Source: Solobacterium sp. (GTDB lineage Bacteria; Bacillota_I; Bacilli_A; Erysipelotrichales; Erysipelotrichaceae). From it: 32,000 nt of DNA. The notes under the pieces are model-generated. The model was not told where the DNA came from. It made no database searches and worked only from the letters and a program-made list of their open reading frames with translations. Shown here one piece after another: positions 1-8,852 of the stretch; position 1 is the first letter of the stretch; the number at the start of each line of letters is the position of its first letter. The stretch lies in the NCBI GenBank assembly GCA_017430925.1, contig JAFRMA010000108.1:1664-33663 (forward strand). The letters are read 5' to 3'. The position numbers and the translations under genes were made by a program.

Positions 1-1095
1 GTTCGGCTGATCGAATGGCCTTATGACCTTGAACCGACAGACCGCAATATTCGCAATACTCTGGAAAAACTCAGCCGGAAGGAGGAACGTGAAAATGCCT
101 TCCTTAAGCTGGAGAATTTTGACGACTACATGGAACACTATGAGGCATTTGCCGGCGTGCGCAGAAGCGGCGCATTATTCCGGAAGGAAAATGATCTGAT
201 GGAGAGCGACGAAAAATACTCAAGACGTGAAAAGGAGGCTTTGCTTGAAAAGAAGAAACAGGATATCCGCAAATGTTTGCACGCGGAGATCGATCATCTG
301 CGGGAAGATGCCGAAAAGAACGGAGTCTGGATCCTTCCGGTCAAAGGCAGGGAAAAAATAGAGTTTCGTTATCGGTATCCGGACGGCAAACGCGGAGATA
401 TCGATCACTATCTGGCCGGATTATATGCGGAGCCGAAAGCGGTGAAGGATAATGAATATGCAGTAAAGATCGATCGGAAAGAGTATGAACTGATCGAACT
501 GCTGATCATGCCAAACATGAATCTGATCACCCAGTATGATCCGGATACGCAGGATGAGATGGTCGAATTCCTCCTGCAGCATAATCGCATCGCAAAGATC
601 GAAAGCCTGATGCATCAGATAAATTATTACAAGGAAGAATATCGCAGTATCCGTTCCATATCTGATCCTGCCTTGAAAAAACTACTTAAGGATTATCACC
701 GCCAGCTGGCAGACAAGACAGACAGGATCTATGAATTTCTGATCGGAGAAGGTGCGACAAATCCGAAATGGAAATCTGAGCAGGCAGCATATGCGATCGT
801 GAAGAAGCATTATCCGGACGCAAGGTTCCAGTATTCACCGGAATTTCTGTTCCATCAGAAACTGGACATCTTTATCCCATCCGTGAATAAGGCAATCGAA
901 TATCAAGGCAAGCAGCATTACGAACCTGTTGAATTCTTTGGCGGAGAAGAGAGTCACAGACGTAATAAGGAACGGGACAGAAGAAAATATCAGCGGTGTA
1001 AAGCCAAAGGGATCAAAGTGCTGTATTGGGACTATGACAAACCGCTGACGGAAGATTATTTTCTGGAGGAGATCAAGCCTTGGATAGATGAGTAG
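1..1095 (+). CDS. Vsr/DUF559-like (PD-(D/E)XK fold) nuclease-domain protein, 5'-truncated by the window edge
   Basis: Frame 1 is open from nt 1 (VRLIEWPYDLEPTDRNIRNTLEKL...) into the listed 130..1095 ORF. The C-terminal ~110 aa carry the layout DIFIP-x7-AIEYQGKQH...RD..K......GIKVLYWDY, typical of Vsr/DUF559-type endonuclease-fold modules. The stop is TAG at 1093-1095. Confidence 0.5.
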   Translation, partial: VRLIEWPYDLEPTDRNIRNTLEKLSRKEERENAFLKLENFDDYMEHYEAFAGVRRSGALFRKENDLMESDEKYSRREKEALLEKKKQDIRKCLHAEIDHLREDAEKNGVWILPVKGREKIEFRYRYPDGKRGDIDHYLAGLYAEPKAVKDNEYAVKIDRKEYELIELLIMPNMNLITQYDPDTQDEMVEFLLQHNRIAKIESLMHQINYYKEEYRSIRSISDPALKKLLKDYHRQLADKTDRIYEFLIGEGATNPKWKSEQAAYAIVKKHYPDARFQYSPEFLFHQKLDIFIPSVNKAIEYQGKQHYEPVEFFGGEESHRRNKERDRRKYQRCKAKGIKVLYWDYDKPLTEDYFLEEIKPWIDE

Positions 1096-1324
1096 GACAG
1101 CAAAATATTAAGCAGAAGGGATAATCTTTTGCTCTTTTATCCGTGGTCAAAAGAATAGGTAATTACTATGTGCATAGATTATATTCATAAAGAAACCATG
1201 GCACCATTCCTATAAACTATGCCCTTAATGAAAAAGGGAATATTTCATTATTTGATTATAATGAGACAATTAAAATATAAAGAAGCATAACAGAACAGGC
1301 AATGCGTTCATTGGGGTAAATAAA

Positions 1325-2182
1325 ATGGTAAATCAATTTAATAATGATACGAAATCAGTTCATTTATTTTCCGGGGTTGAAATTCCATGTATAGGGTTTG
1401 GGACATCACAGATTGCAAACAATCAAATAGAAGATGCTCTTTTATGTGCCTGCAGGGAGGGGTATCGGCACATAGATACAGCTGATGCTTACGGGAATGA
1501 AGAAAGTATTGGTAAAGCGATTCATTCGATTGGCATACCGAGAGAAGAGTTGTTTATCACGAGTAAGCTGAGAAACAGATATCGCGGATATAAAACAACA
1601 ATAGAAGCGTTTGAAAGAACACTGGAAAGGATGGAACTTGACTATCTTGATTTGTTTCTGATTCACTGGCCAGCAAACAGGAAAAAGTTTGAAAACTGGG
1701 ATGAGATTAATCAGGAAACCTGGAAAGCAATGACAGAGATATACAAATCAGGGAAAGTAAGAGCAATCGGTGTTTCTAATTTTCTTCCGAAGCATCTGAA
1801 ATCATTGATGGAAACGGAGATTCCTCCTATGGTAAATCAAATCGAATATCATCCGGGCTGGAGGCCAACAGAAATAACAGACTTTTGTCATGGTCACAAT
1901 ATTATTGTTGAAGGGTGGAGTCCGCTGGGAAACGGGAAGGTCTTACATGAGCCAACACTTATAGACTTGGCGAAGAAATACGGAAGAACGCCAGGGCAGA
2001 TATGTATTCGGTGGTGTCTGCAAAATGGTGTGCTGCCATTGCCCAAATCGGTAACACCATCAAGGATTGCGGAAAACATACAGGTTTTTGATTTTGAAAT
2101 CTCTAGAGAAGACATGAATCGAATCAACGATCTAGAGGTTATGGGGTGGTCAGGTCTGAATCCGGATGAAGTTGAATTCTGA
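1325..2182 (+). CDS. aldo/keto reductase (2,5-diketo-D-gluconate reductase / YvgN-YtbE-like)
   Basis: AKR signatures are present: GFGTSQ, DTADAYGNEESIGKAI, LFITSKL, LDYLDLFLIHWP, IGVSNF, and a C-terminal LPKSVTPSRIAEN. Confidence 0.9.
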   Translation: MVNQFNNDTKSVHLFSGVEIPCIGFGTSQIANNQIEDALLCACREGYRHIDTADAYGNEESIGKAIHSIGIPREELFITSKLRNRYRGYKTTIEAFERTLERMELDYLDLFLIHWPANRKKFENWDEINQETWKAMTEIYKSGKVRAIGVSNFLPKHLKSLMETEIPPMVNQIEYHPGWRPTEITDFCHGHNIIVEGWSPLGNGKVLHEPTLIDLAKKYGRTPGQICIRWCLQNGVLPLPKSVTPSRIAENIQVFDFEISREDMNRINDLEVMGWSGLNPDEVEF

Positions 2183-2349
2183 GCACATAAATACACGGGA
2201 TATTTTCATAATGAAAATAAGATATACCCTCATAGAAAACAGAAATCTGCTGATGATGGCTTCAATTGTTTTTGTGACGATATCGCAGACAGAGAAAACA
2301 AAGTGAAATATCTTTCCGGAGTTTTTGCCTAGAAAAGAAATTCCTGCAA

Positions 2350-2378
2350 ACAGAGAGCCGTAATTCTCTGTTTTTTTT
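2350..2378 (+). terminator. intrinsic terminator about 170 nt downstream of the AKR stop
   Basis: The stem ACAGAGA (2350-2356) pairs with TCTCTGT (2365-2371). The loop is 8 nt and a run of T follows to 2378. Confidence 0.6.
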
Positions 2379-2555
2379 GGATTCTTTGGATAGTGAAAAA
2401 CGGTAAGAAAAAAGTGTAATATTTGTGGTGGAGCAGGGTGTTCATACTTCCGGAATCTTCCGGATCAATGACTGGGATTAAATATATGCACCGATCGCAC
2501 CTGCACCGATATCGGCTTGATTTAGGCTCTGACAGAAGTCAGTAATAGAAATCAT

Positions 2556-3329
2556 ATGAAGTATCAGGCATGTTTCTTTGATCTTTACGGTACCCTGATG
2601 GACATCCGTACCGAGGAGTCCAAGCCTTTTCTGTGGGAGATCATGTCTGACTGGTATTCTTCGCATGGAGCACGCTATACACCGGATGGACTCCGCGAAG
2701 CATATCTGACGCAGGTGGAAGCAGAGACAGAATCTGTCCGCAAAAGATATGCAGAGCAGGGGATCCACGTGAAGTATCCCGAGCCGGAGATTGGGAATGT
2801 CTTTTCCTGTCTGTTTGAAGACAAAGAGATACACGCAGGAAAAGAGCTGATCCGGGATACGGCACAGCTGTACAGACAGACCTCCAGGAGATACTTCCGT
2901 CTGTATGCCGGAGCGGCAGAATTGCTGGAATCTCTGAGACAGGCAGGAATCCGCGTCTGTCTTCTCTCAAATGCGCAGAGATTATTTACCGAGGAAGAAC
3001 TCAGGGAAAGCGGGATCTATGATCTGTTCGAAGAGATCTTCATCTCTTCAGACTATGGTGTGAAGAAACCGGATCCGGTATTTTTTGAAACAGCCGTCAG
3101 AAAAATCGGCATGGATCCTTCCCGGTGCCTGATGGTCGGCAATGACATCGAGTGTGACATGGAAGGCGCTGTTGCGACCGGTATGTCAGGGTATTATATT
3201 TATTCGAAGCTGTCTCCGGACAGTGATCGAAAAAGATCCATACCTGCCGGATGTATATCCCAGAAGGGAATGAACCTGAAGCTTGTGCAGAGGTATATTC
3301 TCCGTCAGTATAAGGATCATACGGACTAA
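2556..3329 (+). CDS. HAD-superfamily hydrolase (haloacid dehalogenase type II-like, DxYGT subgroup)
   Basis: Motif I is FFDLYGTLMD at residues 7-16. Also present are LLSNAQ, KKPDP and VGNDIECDMEGA. No clear SD precedes the ATG. Confidence 0.8.
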   Translation: MKYQACFFDLYGTLMDIRTEESKPFLWEIMSDWYSSHGARYTPDGLREAYLTQVEAETESVRKRYAEQGIHVKYPEPEIGNVFSCLFEDKEIHAGKELIRDTAQLYRQTSRRYFRLYAGAAELLESLRQAGIRVCLLSNAQRLFTEEELRESGIYDLFEEIFISSDYGVKKPDPVFFETAVRKIGMDPSRCLMVGNDIECDMEGAVATGMSGYYIYSKLSPDSDRKRSIPAGCISQKGMNLKLVQRYILRQYKDHTD

Positions 3330-3423
3330 TTCAAAAGATCAATCGGAAAGCCGAGAGTGTCCTCTTCCTGTCCGTATCTGTCGACATATTACCAGTTCCA
3401 GGCAAAATAATAAGAATAGAGAA

Positions 3424-4077
3424 ATGGCTGAAGATATCAGAAAGATGAAAAGTACTGTCGGTGTGAAAGAATTTGAAGTGGCATATGAAAAACCGTACTG
3501 TGTAGTTCTTGACAGTGAATATTGTTCAATGGGAAGAAAGATTGGATATAAAGCGTGTCAAGCTGCAGGATATGACTATTATGATACAGCTATCCTCCTG
3601 GAACTTGTCCCAGAGTCAGATGTGACGAAAGCAGACATAGATGAATTTGAGAAGAAATTGCGTATAGAAAACTATACCAGTGAACAACTAAGAAAAGATC
3701 CGGAATATATCAGGATTGGAGAAGTTTTTTACAAAGCGATAGATATTGCTTTGGCCAAAGGACCTTGTTTGATTCATGACCGCGCTTCCAAAGAAGAAAT
3801 TATAAAAAGGGGATATACATGTTTAAGTGTATTCACATATGGTGATAATATAGCCGCAAAGATTGTTCGTGCAAAATTGTCCCCTGTTTATTGTCATTTG
3901 GAAAAGGATGAGGACATAATGCGCGGAATAAATGAAGAAGATCAGATTCGTATCAACTGGCACAGAGCACATAGCAAAACGGAATGGGGTTTATTGAAAG
4001 CGTATGATCTTAGTATCAATACAGAGACATTCGGACGAGATTTCTCAGCAGAATTACTTGCAAAGACAATGAGATAG
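3424..4077 (+). CDS. cytidylate kinase-like family protein with a degenerate P-loop
   Basis: The pattern follows the Cytidylate_kin2 family: VVLDSEYCSMGRKIGYKACQAAGYDYYD, GPCLIHDRAS, LSVFTYGD, and KTEWGLLKAYDLSINTETFG. The start is taken at the internal ATG 3424 because the 3283 extension overlaps the HAD gene. An alternative ATG lies at 3445. Confidence 0.55.
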   Translation: MAEDIRKMKSTVGVKEFEVAYEKPYCVVLDSEYCSMGRKIGYKACQAAGYDYYDTAILLELVPESDVTKADIDEFEKKLRIENYTSEQLRKDPEYIRIGEVFYKAIDIALAKGPCLIHDRASKEEIIKRGYTCLSVFTYGDNIAAKIVRAKLSPVYCHLEKDEDIMRGINEEDQIRINWHRAHSKTEWGLLKAYDLSINTETFGRDFSAELLAKTMR

Positions 4078-4399
4078 GAAGAAAGTGAACTGCCAACCAC
4101 TTAGAATCTAAAGATTCTTGAAGTGGGAGAGCTTCCTGTTTCACCGAGAACTGTGGCTGTACGAGCCCGGCTTACACTCTCTCCACAGAAGTGTCGGGCC
4201 CTGTAATTCCTGCGGCACCTTATTTATCCCGGTTCTTATATGCCCGGGGAATTTTTTTCGCTCAGAGAACAAATATTATCAGGCATCTTTTTTTTCACGG
4301 TGAAACGCTACTATATACTCAGCCGAAAATTCCCGAGACACAGAATAAACTCATCCCGATTTCTAAAGGCAGATGTTTATATATAAATATATGGGTTTT

Positions 4400-5056
4400 T
4401 TAATGTTCTTTGCTATCCGGAATTTCTTCTATCCACGTGTTTAAGAAGTGGATTTTATGATTTCGGGCAAGAGTTTCTGCTTCATCGAACTTTTTCTGCT
4501 CAATCAGGTCCAGTATTTCCAGGTGTTCTTTATAAGATGTGGGCAATCTTCTCGGCACCATGGAAAAAGCGCCCGCCGTGTAGATCCAGCGCTGCCATAA
4601 CTGTTCGATCATTTCCTGAATGGCGGTATTTGGTACTACAGAAAACAGTGACTTATGAAACCGGTGATTCAATTCTGCATAGTTCTGATCGTCATGAACA
4701 ATGTATGCCTGATACATCTCTTCGTTGATCCTACGCAGGTCTCGGATCGCGGCAGGAGACAGATAATCCACAGCACAGCGTGTGGCATAGCCTTCCAGAA
4801 CACCACTGATTTCCGCAATGTTGCGAAGTTGATCTTTCGTGATTCCAATCACCGTGGCTCCTTTGTTGGCGGTCATTTGAATATAGCCTTCACTTTCAAT
4901 ACGCCGTAAAGCTTCACGTACCGGGATCTCGCTGGTCTTACATGCCTTGGCAACCTGACTGATGATAATCCTGTCTCCGGATTGATAGTGGCGCTGAGCG
5001 ATTTCAGAAAGGATGAAGTTATATATTTCGTCTACTTTTGACTGTGCTTTATTCAT
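4400..5056 (-). CDS. GntR-family transcriptional regulator, FadR/FCD subfamily
   Basis: The N-terminal wHTH reads ISQVAKACKTSEIPVREALRRIESEGYIQMTANKGATV. The C-terminus is an all-helical FCD-like domain. A GGAGA SD lies upstream of ATG 5056. Confidence 0.9.
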   Translation of the reverse strand: MNKAQSKVDEIYNFILSEIAQRHYQSGDRIIISQVAKACKTSEIPVREALRRIESEGYIQMTANKGATVIGITKDQLRNIAEISGVLEGYATRCAVDYLSPAAIRDLRRINEEMYQAYIVHDDQNYAELNHRFHKSLFSVVPNTAIQEMIEQLWQRWIYTAGAFSMVPRRLPTSYKEHLEILDLIEQKKFDEAETLARNHKIHFLNTWIEEIPDSKEH

Positions 5057-5149
5057 ATTTATGTCTCCGTATCTCTCTTAGGTTCATATATATTTTATTC
5101 AAATGTCTGTATTAATCAATAAATTACAATAGAAATTTTGCTTTTTATA

Positions 5150-5177
5150 TTGCAATCACCAGATGATAATATATAAT
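5150..5177 (+). promoter_or_regulatory. candidate sigma-A promoter of the 5236-10073 operon
   Basis: TTGCAA (5150-5155), a 16-nt spacer, then TATAAT (5172-5177). Confidence 0.35.
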
Positions 5178-5184
5178 ACAATTA

Positions 5185-5200
5185 TAATCATATATGATTA
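5185..5200. promoter_or_regulatory. perfect 16-bp palindrome, candidate operator for the adjacent GntR regulator
   Basis: TAATCATATATGATTA lies immediately downstream of the candidate -10. The related half-site TATTAATCA also occurs at 5110-5118 and, as its reverse complement, at 5195-5203. Confidence 0.4.
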
Positions 5201-5235
5201 ATACGTAAAATATATTATATTCAGGAGGGTGATTA

Positions 5236-6441
5236 ATGGGATATTACAAGGAAGATCATTGGTGGGCTAGTCCTTTTAACGATGCTGAAGAAGTGCGGAA
5301 GACGATGGACATTGCGCATAAAGTCATAATTCATGATGCTACTCTTCGTGACGGTGAACAGACTCCGGGAGTGGTGTTCAGTGTCGAGGATAAAGTCCGG
5401 ATCGCAAAATTACTGGATGAACTTGGTGTTGAACGGATCGAAGCAGGTATGCCGGCAGTATCCGCCGCGGATGCTGAAGCAATCCGCAGAATCGCTGACC
5501 TGGGTCTGAAATCGGAGATCTTTGCGTTTGTGCGTGCTATGCGTAAGGATATCGACGTTGCTGCTGAACTTGGAGTGAAGGGGGTGATCATCGAGATCCC
5601 AATCGGCTATCCGAAACTTCTATATCAGTTCAACTGGACCTGGGAGGATGTCGCGAAAAAGAGCATAGACTGTGTTACCTATGCCAAGGAAAAAGGATTA
5701 TATACGGTGTTGTTCCCGTATGACACCACCCGGGCAAGAGAAGAAGATCTTGATCATCTGATGGATGCACTGATGAAGGAAGCAATCCCGGATGCCATAG
5801 GTGTTGTGGATACCATGGGATGTGCAAACCCGGAAACCATCGCGTATCTTGTACGGAAAGTAAAGAAACAGATGAACGGCATCTCAGTCGAAGTACACAC
5901 CCATAATGACTTCGGTATGGCTGTTGCTACAGAATTGGCGGGAGTCAAAGCCGGTGCGGACGTTATCCACAGCTGTATCAACGGTCTGGGAGAAAGAACT
6001 GGAAATGCTGCACTGGAACAGCTGATGATGGCGATGAAGATCCTGATGGACATGCCGAACGATTATCATCTGGAAAAACTTCCGGAAGTATGTGAAGAAG
6101 TGGCACGGATCAGCAATATTCCGCTAGCACCGAACGCACCTGTTGCAGGAGAACGAAACTATACCCGTGAGTCCGGCATCGGCGTTAATCTGGTAATGGA
6201 AAAACCGCTGGCTATGTTTGCGACATCACCGGCTATGTTCGGAAGAACCGGAACCGTTGCATTGGGGAAGAAGAGCGGAAAAGCTTCTGTAACCTATTAT
6301 CTGTCAAGTCTGGGATTGGAAGCGACGGATGAGCAGGCATCAGTCATGCTGGCGAAGATCAAGGAGATGGGGCAGGAAAAGAAACGACTGCTTACCGAAG
6401 ATGAATTCAAAGCGATTTACAACGAAGCAGTCAGTCAGTAA
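5236..6441 (+). CDS. HMGL-like / DRE-TIM metallolyase family enzyme (homocitrate/isopropylmalate/citramalate synthase-like, no LeuA regulatory domain)
   Basis: HDATLRDGEQTPGV, EAGMPA, and HTHNDFGMAVATELAGVKAGADVIHSCINGLGERTGNAALE are present. The length is 401 aa. A strong SD (AGGAGGG) precedes the start. Confidence 0.85.
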   Translation: MGYYKEDHWWASPFNDAEEVRKTMDIAHKVIIHDATLRDGEQTPGVVFSVEDKVRIAKLLDELGVERIEAGMPAVSAADAEAIRRIADLGLKSEIFAFVRAMRKDIDVAAELGVKGVIIEIPIGYPKLLYQFNWTWEDVAKKSIDCVTYAKEKGLYTVLFPYDTTRAREEDLDHLMDALMKEAIPDAIGVVDTMGCANPETIAYLVRKVKKQMNGISVEVHTHNDFGMAVATELAGVKAGADVIHSCINGLGERTGNAALEQLMMAMKILMDMPNDYHLEKLPEVCEEVARISNIPLAPNAPVAGERNYTRESGIGVNLVMEKPLAMFATSPAMFGRTGTVALGKKSGKASVTYYLSSLGLEATDEQASVMLAKIKEMGQEKKRLLTEDEFKAIYNEAVSQ

Positions 6442-6456
6442 CCGGAGGATAAACTG

Positions 6457-7584
6457 ATGAAGATCATATCAGTTAAGTCAATGACATATCGTTATCACAT
6501 TCCGGAAGATCAGCAATTCGGCAACAGCACACGTTGGAATACTACAAAAAATACAGTACTGGTCGAAGTAAAGACAGATGCCGGAATTACCGGATACGGA
6601 GAAGCAGACGCAGCCGGGGGACCTGCGGAATCCACCGCATATCTGATTGACCGCGAGATCGGTCCGTATGTAATCGGTAAAGATCCCTTCTGTGTTGATG
6701 AGATTTTTGAGGACCTCTACAACCGTTCAATGATCCACGGCAGAAGAGGCATCATCATGCACGCAATCAGCGGTGTGGACTGTGCCTTGTGGGACATCAT
6801 TGGAAAGGCTGCAGGACAGCCGGTATACAAACTTCTCGGTGGTGCCAGGACAAAAGTGCAGGCTTACCACAGCGGCGGATTTTACCGCAGGAACGTACCG
6901 GACACATGGTATGGCGAAGAAGCCAGACTCGGTTACGAAAAGGGATACCGTGCATTCAAGATGAAGATCGGGCGGTATGACCTGGAAAGAGATGCCGAAC
7001 GTGTACGCATTGTCAGAGAGGCGATTGGGCCAGACTCAAAACTGATGGTGGACGTGAATTCCAACTATACAGTAAAACAAGCTATTCAGATGGGTGAAAA
7101 GCTCAAACCATACAATCTCTTTTTCATGGAAGAACCGGTCAGTGTAGAAGATCCTGAGGGAAGCGCGATAGTCGCCCGGAATATACCCATGAATCTTGCA
7201 GGGTATGAAACGGAATATACACGTTACGGATACAGAAATCTCATCGACAAAAGAGCCATGGATATCGTACAGGTTGATTCAACCAGGTGCGGAGGACTGA
7301 CGGAGAGCCGTAAAATCGCCGCATATGCGTCTGCGCATAAACTTCCGGTAACCTGTCATGCCTTTGCGGGAGGACTTACTTTCCTTGCAGGACTGCACTT
7401 TGTCTGCGGTGTAGATAACGGATTCCTATGTGAATGTGAAGTGAATCCGAATCCTTTGCGGACAGATATGTTTAAAAATTATCGGATGGAGTTGGATGAG
7501 GATGGGTATATTACCGTACCAGAAAAACCAGGCTTTGGAGCAGAAATCGACTTTGATGCAATCGAACAATACCGTATAGGATAA
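6457..7584 (+). CDS. enolase-superfamily enzyme, mandelate-racemase subgroup (acid-sugar dehydratase-like)
   Basis: FKMKIG (the KxK motif), MVDVNSNY, FFMEEP, DIVQVDSTRCGGLTE and VTCHAF are present. The SD is GGAGGA. Confidence 0.85.
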   Translation: MKIISVKSMTYRYHIPEDQQFGNSTRWNTTKNTVLVEVKTDAGITGYGEADAAGGPAESTAYLIDREIGPYVIGKDPFCVDEIFEDLYNRSMIHGRRGIIMHAISGVDCALWDIIGKAAGQPVYKLLGGARTKVQAYHSGGFYRRNVPDTWYGEEARLGYEKGYRAFKMKIGRYDLERDAERVRIVREAIGPDSKLMVDVNSNYTVKQAIQMGEKLKPYNLFFMEEPVSVEDPEGSAIVARNIPMNLAGYETEYTRYGYRNLIDKRAMDIVQVDSTRCGGLTESRKIAAYASAHKLPVTCHAFAGGLTFLAGLHFVCGVDNGFLCECEVNPNPLRTDMFKNYRMELDEDGYITVPEKPGFGAEIDFDAIEQYRIG

Positions 7585-7639
7585 CAGTTTAAAAAACAGG
7601 GATCATCAAGATCTGCTGGCAAATCAGGAGGATGAATTA

Positions 7640-8821
7640 ATGATAGATTTGGATTTCCCGGTGGGGATATGGACATTTCATAAAGAGGGTAACTTCAATT
7701 TTCAGTTTAACCGCACAGTAGCACACGGAGGACATTTGGACGAAGTCAAAGAAATAGCATCCAAGGTTACCGATATACCATCCTACATACGTCTGATGGA
7801 AGAAGCAGAAGAAAGAGCACGTCAGAACGGTGACAAAAAAGCAGAGATGGCTTATCTCCGTGCACATGAATTCTTTACTACTTCCGGACAGGGGAAAGCG
7901 GAGAAATACCAGAAGTGGAAAAAGATGTTCTATGAGTCTAATAAACAATTGATGGAAGACTATCACGTACAGTATGCGGAAGTGCCGTATGAGAACGGGT
8001 TCCTGCCGGTCATGTACGCGGTACAGGAAGATCCGAAGGGTGTGGTAGTTATCCACGGGGGGTATGACTCATATTACGAAGAGCATCTGAAGATTGCTCT
8101 GCATATGTACCGGAACGGTTATTCAGTGTATATCTTTGAGGGCCCAGGTCAGGGTTCAGTGATTTACGAACAGGGTATTCCGTTTACGCATGAATGGGAA
8201 AAACCGGTTGGAGCGGTTCTGGATTACTTTAATCTGGATGATGCAGCACTGATGGGCATTTCTCTGGGATCTCTGTTATGCAGAAGAGCAGCTGCCAAAG
8301 AAAAGCGAATTAAGTATGTATGTTCTGTAGGTATGCAGACAAACCTGTATGAATCGACACTGAACCGTATGCCGGGACAGTTCAAGGATAAGGTGGCCGC
8401 TGCGATGGATGCAGAAGATAAAGATCAGGTCAACGAACTGATGAGTGATCTGATGAGCAAAGCTTACATCTATGAGTGGTATATCAACCAGGGCTTGCAT
8501 GTATTCGGAGTAGAGACTCCATATGACTATCTGAAGAAGTCGCAACTCTTCTCTCTGGAAGGAATCGAAGATCAGATTGACCAGGACTTCTTGCTGGTGA
8601 GTTCATCGAAAGATCACTTCATGCCGATGTCTGACACACAGAAAGAAATTGACCGTATGCCTGCAGTGCGTTCGTTCACACTGCGGATTGTCATGCCGCC
8701 GGAAAAGGGTGAGAACCACTGCAATATCGGCAACCGGAAACTGATGATCGATGTCTTCATGGCGTGGCTGGAAGAAACGAAAAAAGAGCATATTACGGCA
8801 AAAGAAGAGGGTTGGCTGTAA
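7640..8821 (+). CDS. alpha/beta-fold hydrolase
   Basis: VVVIHGGYDSYYEE, a nucleophile elbow GISLGS, and a C-terminal ENHCN (putative His) are present. The SD is AGGAGGA at 7625-7631. Confidence 0.7.
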   Translation: MIDLDFPVGIWTFHKEGNFNFQFNRTVAHGGHLDEVKEIASKVTDIPSYIRLMEEAEERARQNGDKKAEMAYLRAHEFFTTSGQGKAEKYQKWKKMFYESNKQLMEDYHVQYAEVPYENGFLPVMYAVQEDPKGVVVIHGGYDSYYEEHLKIALHMYRNGYSVYIFEGPGQGSVIYEQGIPFTHEWEKPVGAVLDYFNLDDAALMGISLGSLLCRRAAAKEKRIKYVCSVGMQTNLYESTLNRMPGQFKDKVAAAMDAEDKDQVNELMSDLMSKAYIYEWYINQGLHVFGVETPYDYLKKSQLFSLEGIEDQIDQDFLLVSSSKDHFMPMSDTQKEIDRMPAVRSFTLRIVMPPEKGENHCNIGNRKLMIDVFMAWLEETKKEHITAKEEGWL

Positions 8822-8852
8822 TCTATATAAATCATAAGAAGGGAGAATGATT

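Noticed and set aside
2211-2306. A 31-aa ORF (MKIRYTLIENRNLLMMASIVFVTISQTEKTK) between the AKR gene and the 2350-2378 terminator, considered as a possible type I toxin or small membrane peptide.
   Set aside because: It has no SD, and the hydrophobic run is only about 14 residues, too short for a TM helix. No antisense-RNA features are evident. It is more likely 3'-UTR or a gene remnant.
3283-3423. N-terminal extensions implied by the ORF track: 3283 for the cytidylate-kinase-like gene, 12705 for the HAD gene, 23492 for metG, and the GTG/TTG starts at 25516, 28913 and 29813.
   Set aside because: The extensions overlap upstream genes or the T-box terminator, lack an SD, and add non-homologous residues. 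Internal ATGs with proper SD spacing fit the family N-termini.
4118-4403. The 61-aa and 70-aa + strand ORFs in the convergent intergenic gap.
   Set aside because: They have no SD, an implausible composition, and overlap each other. The region is better explained as non-coding and structured (see the finding for 4078-4399).
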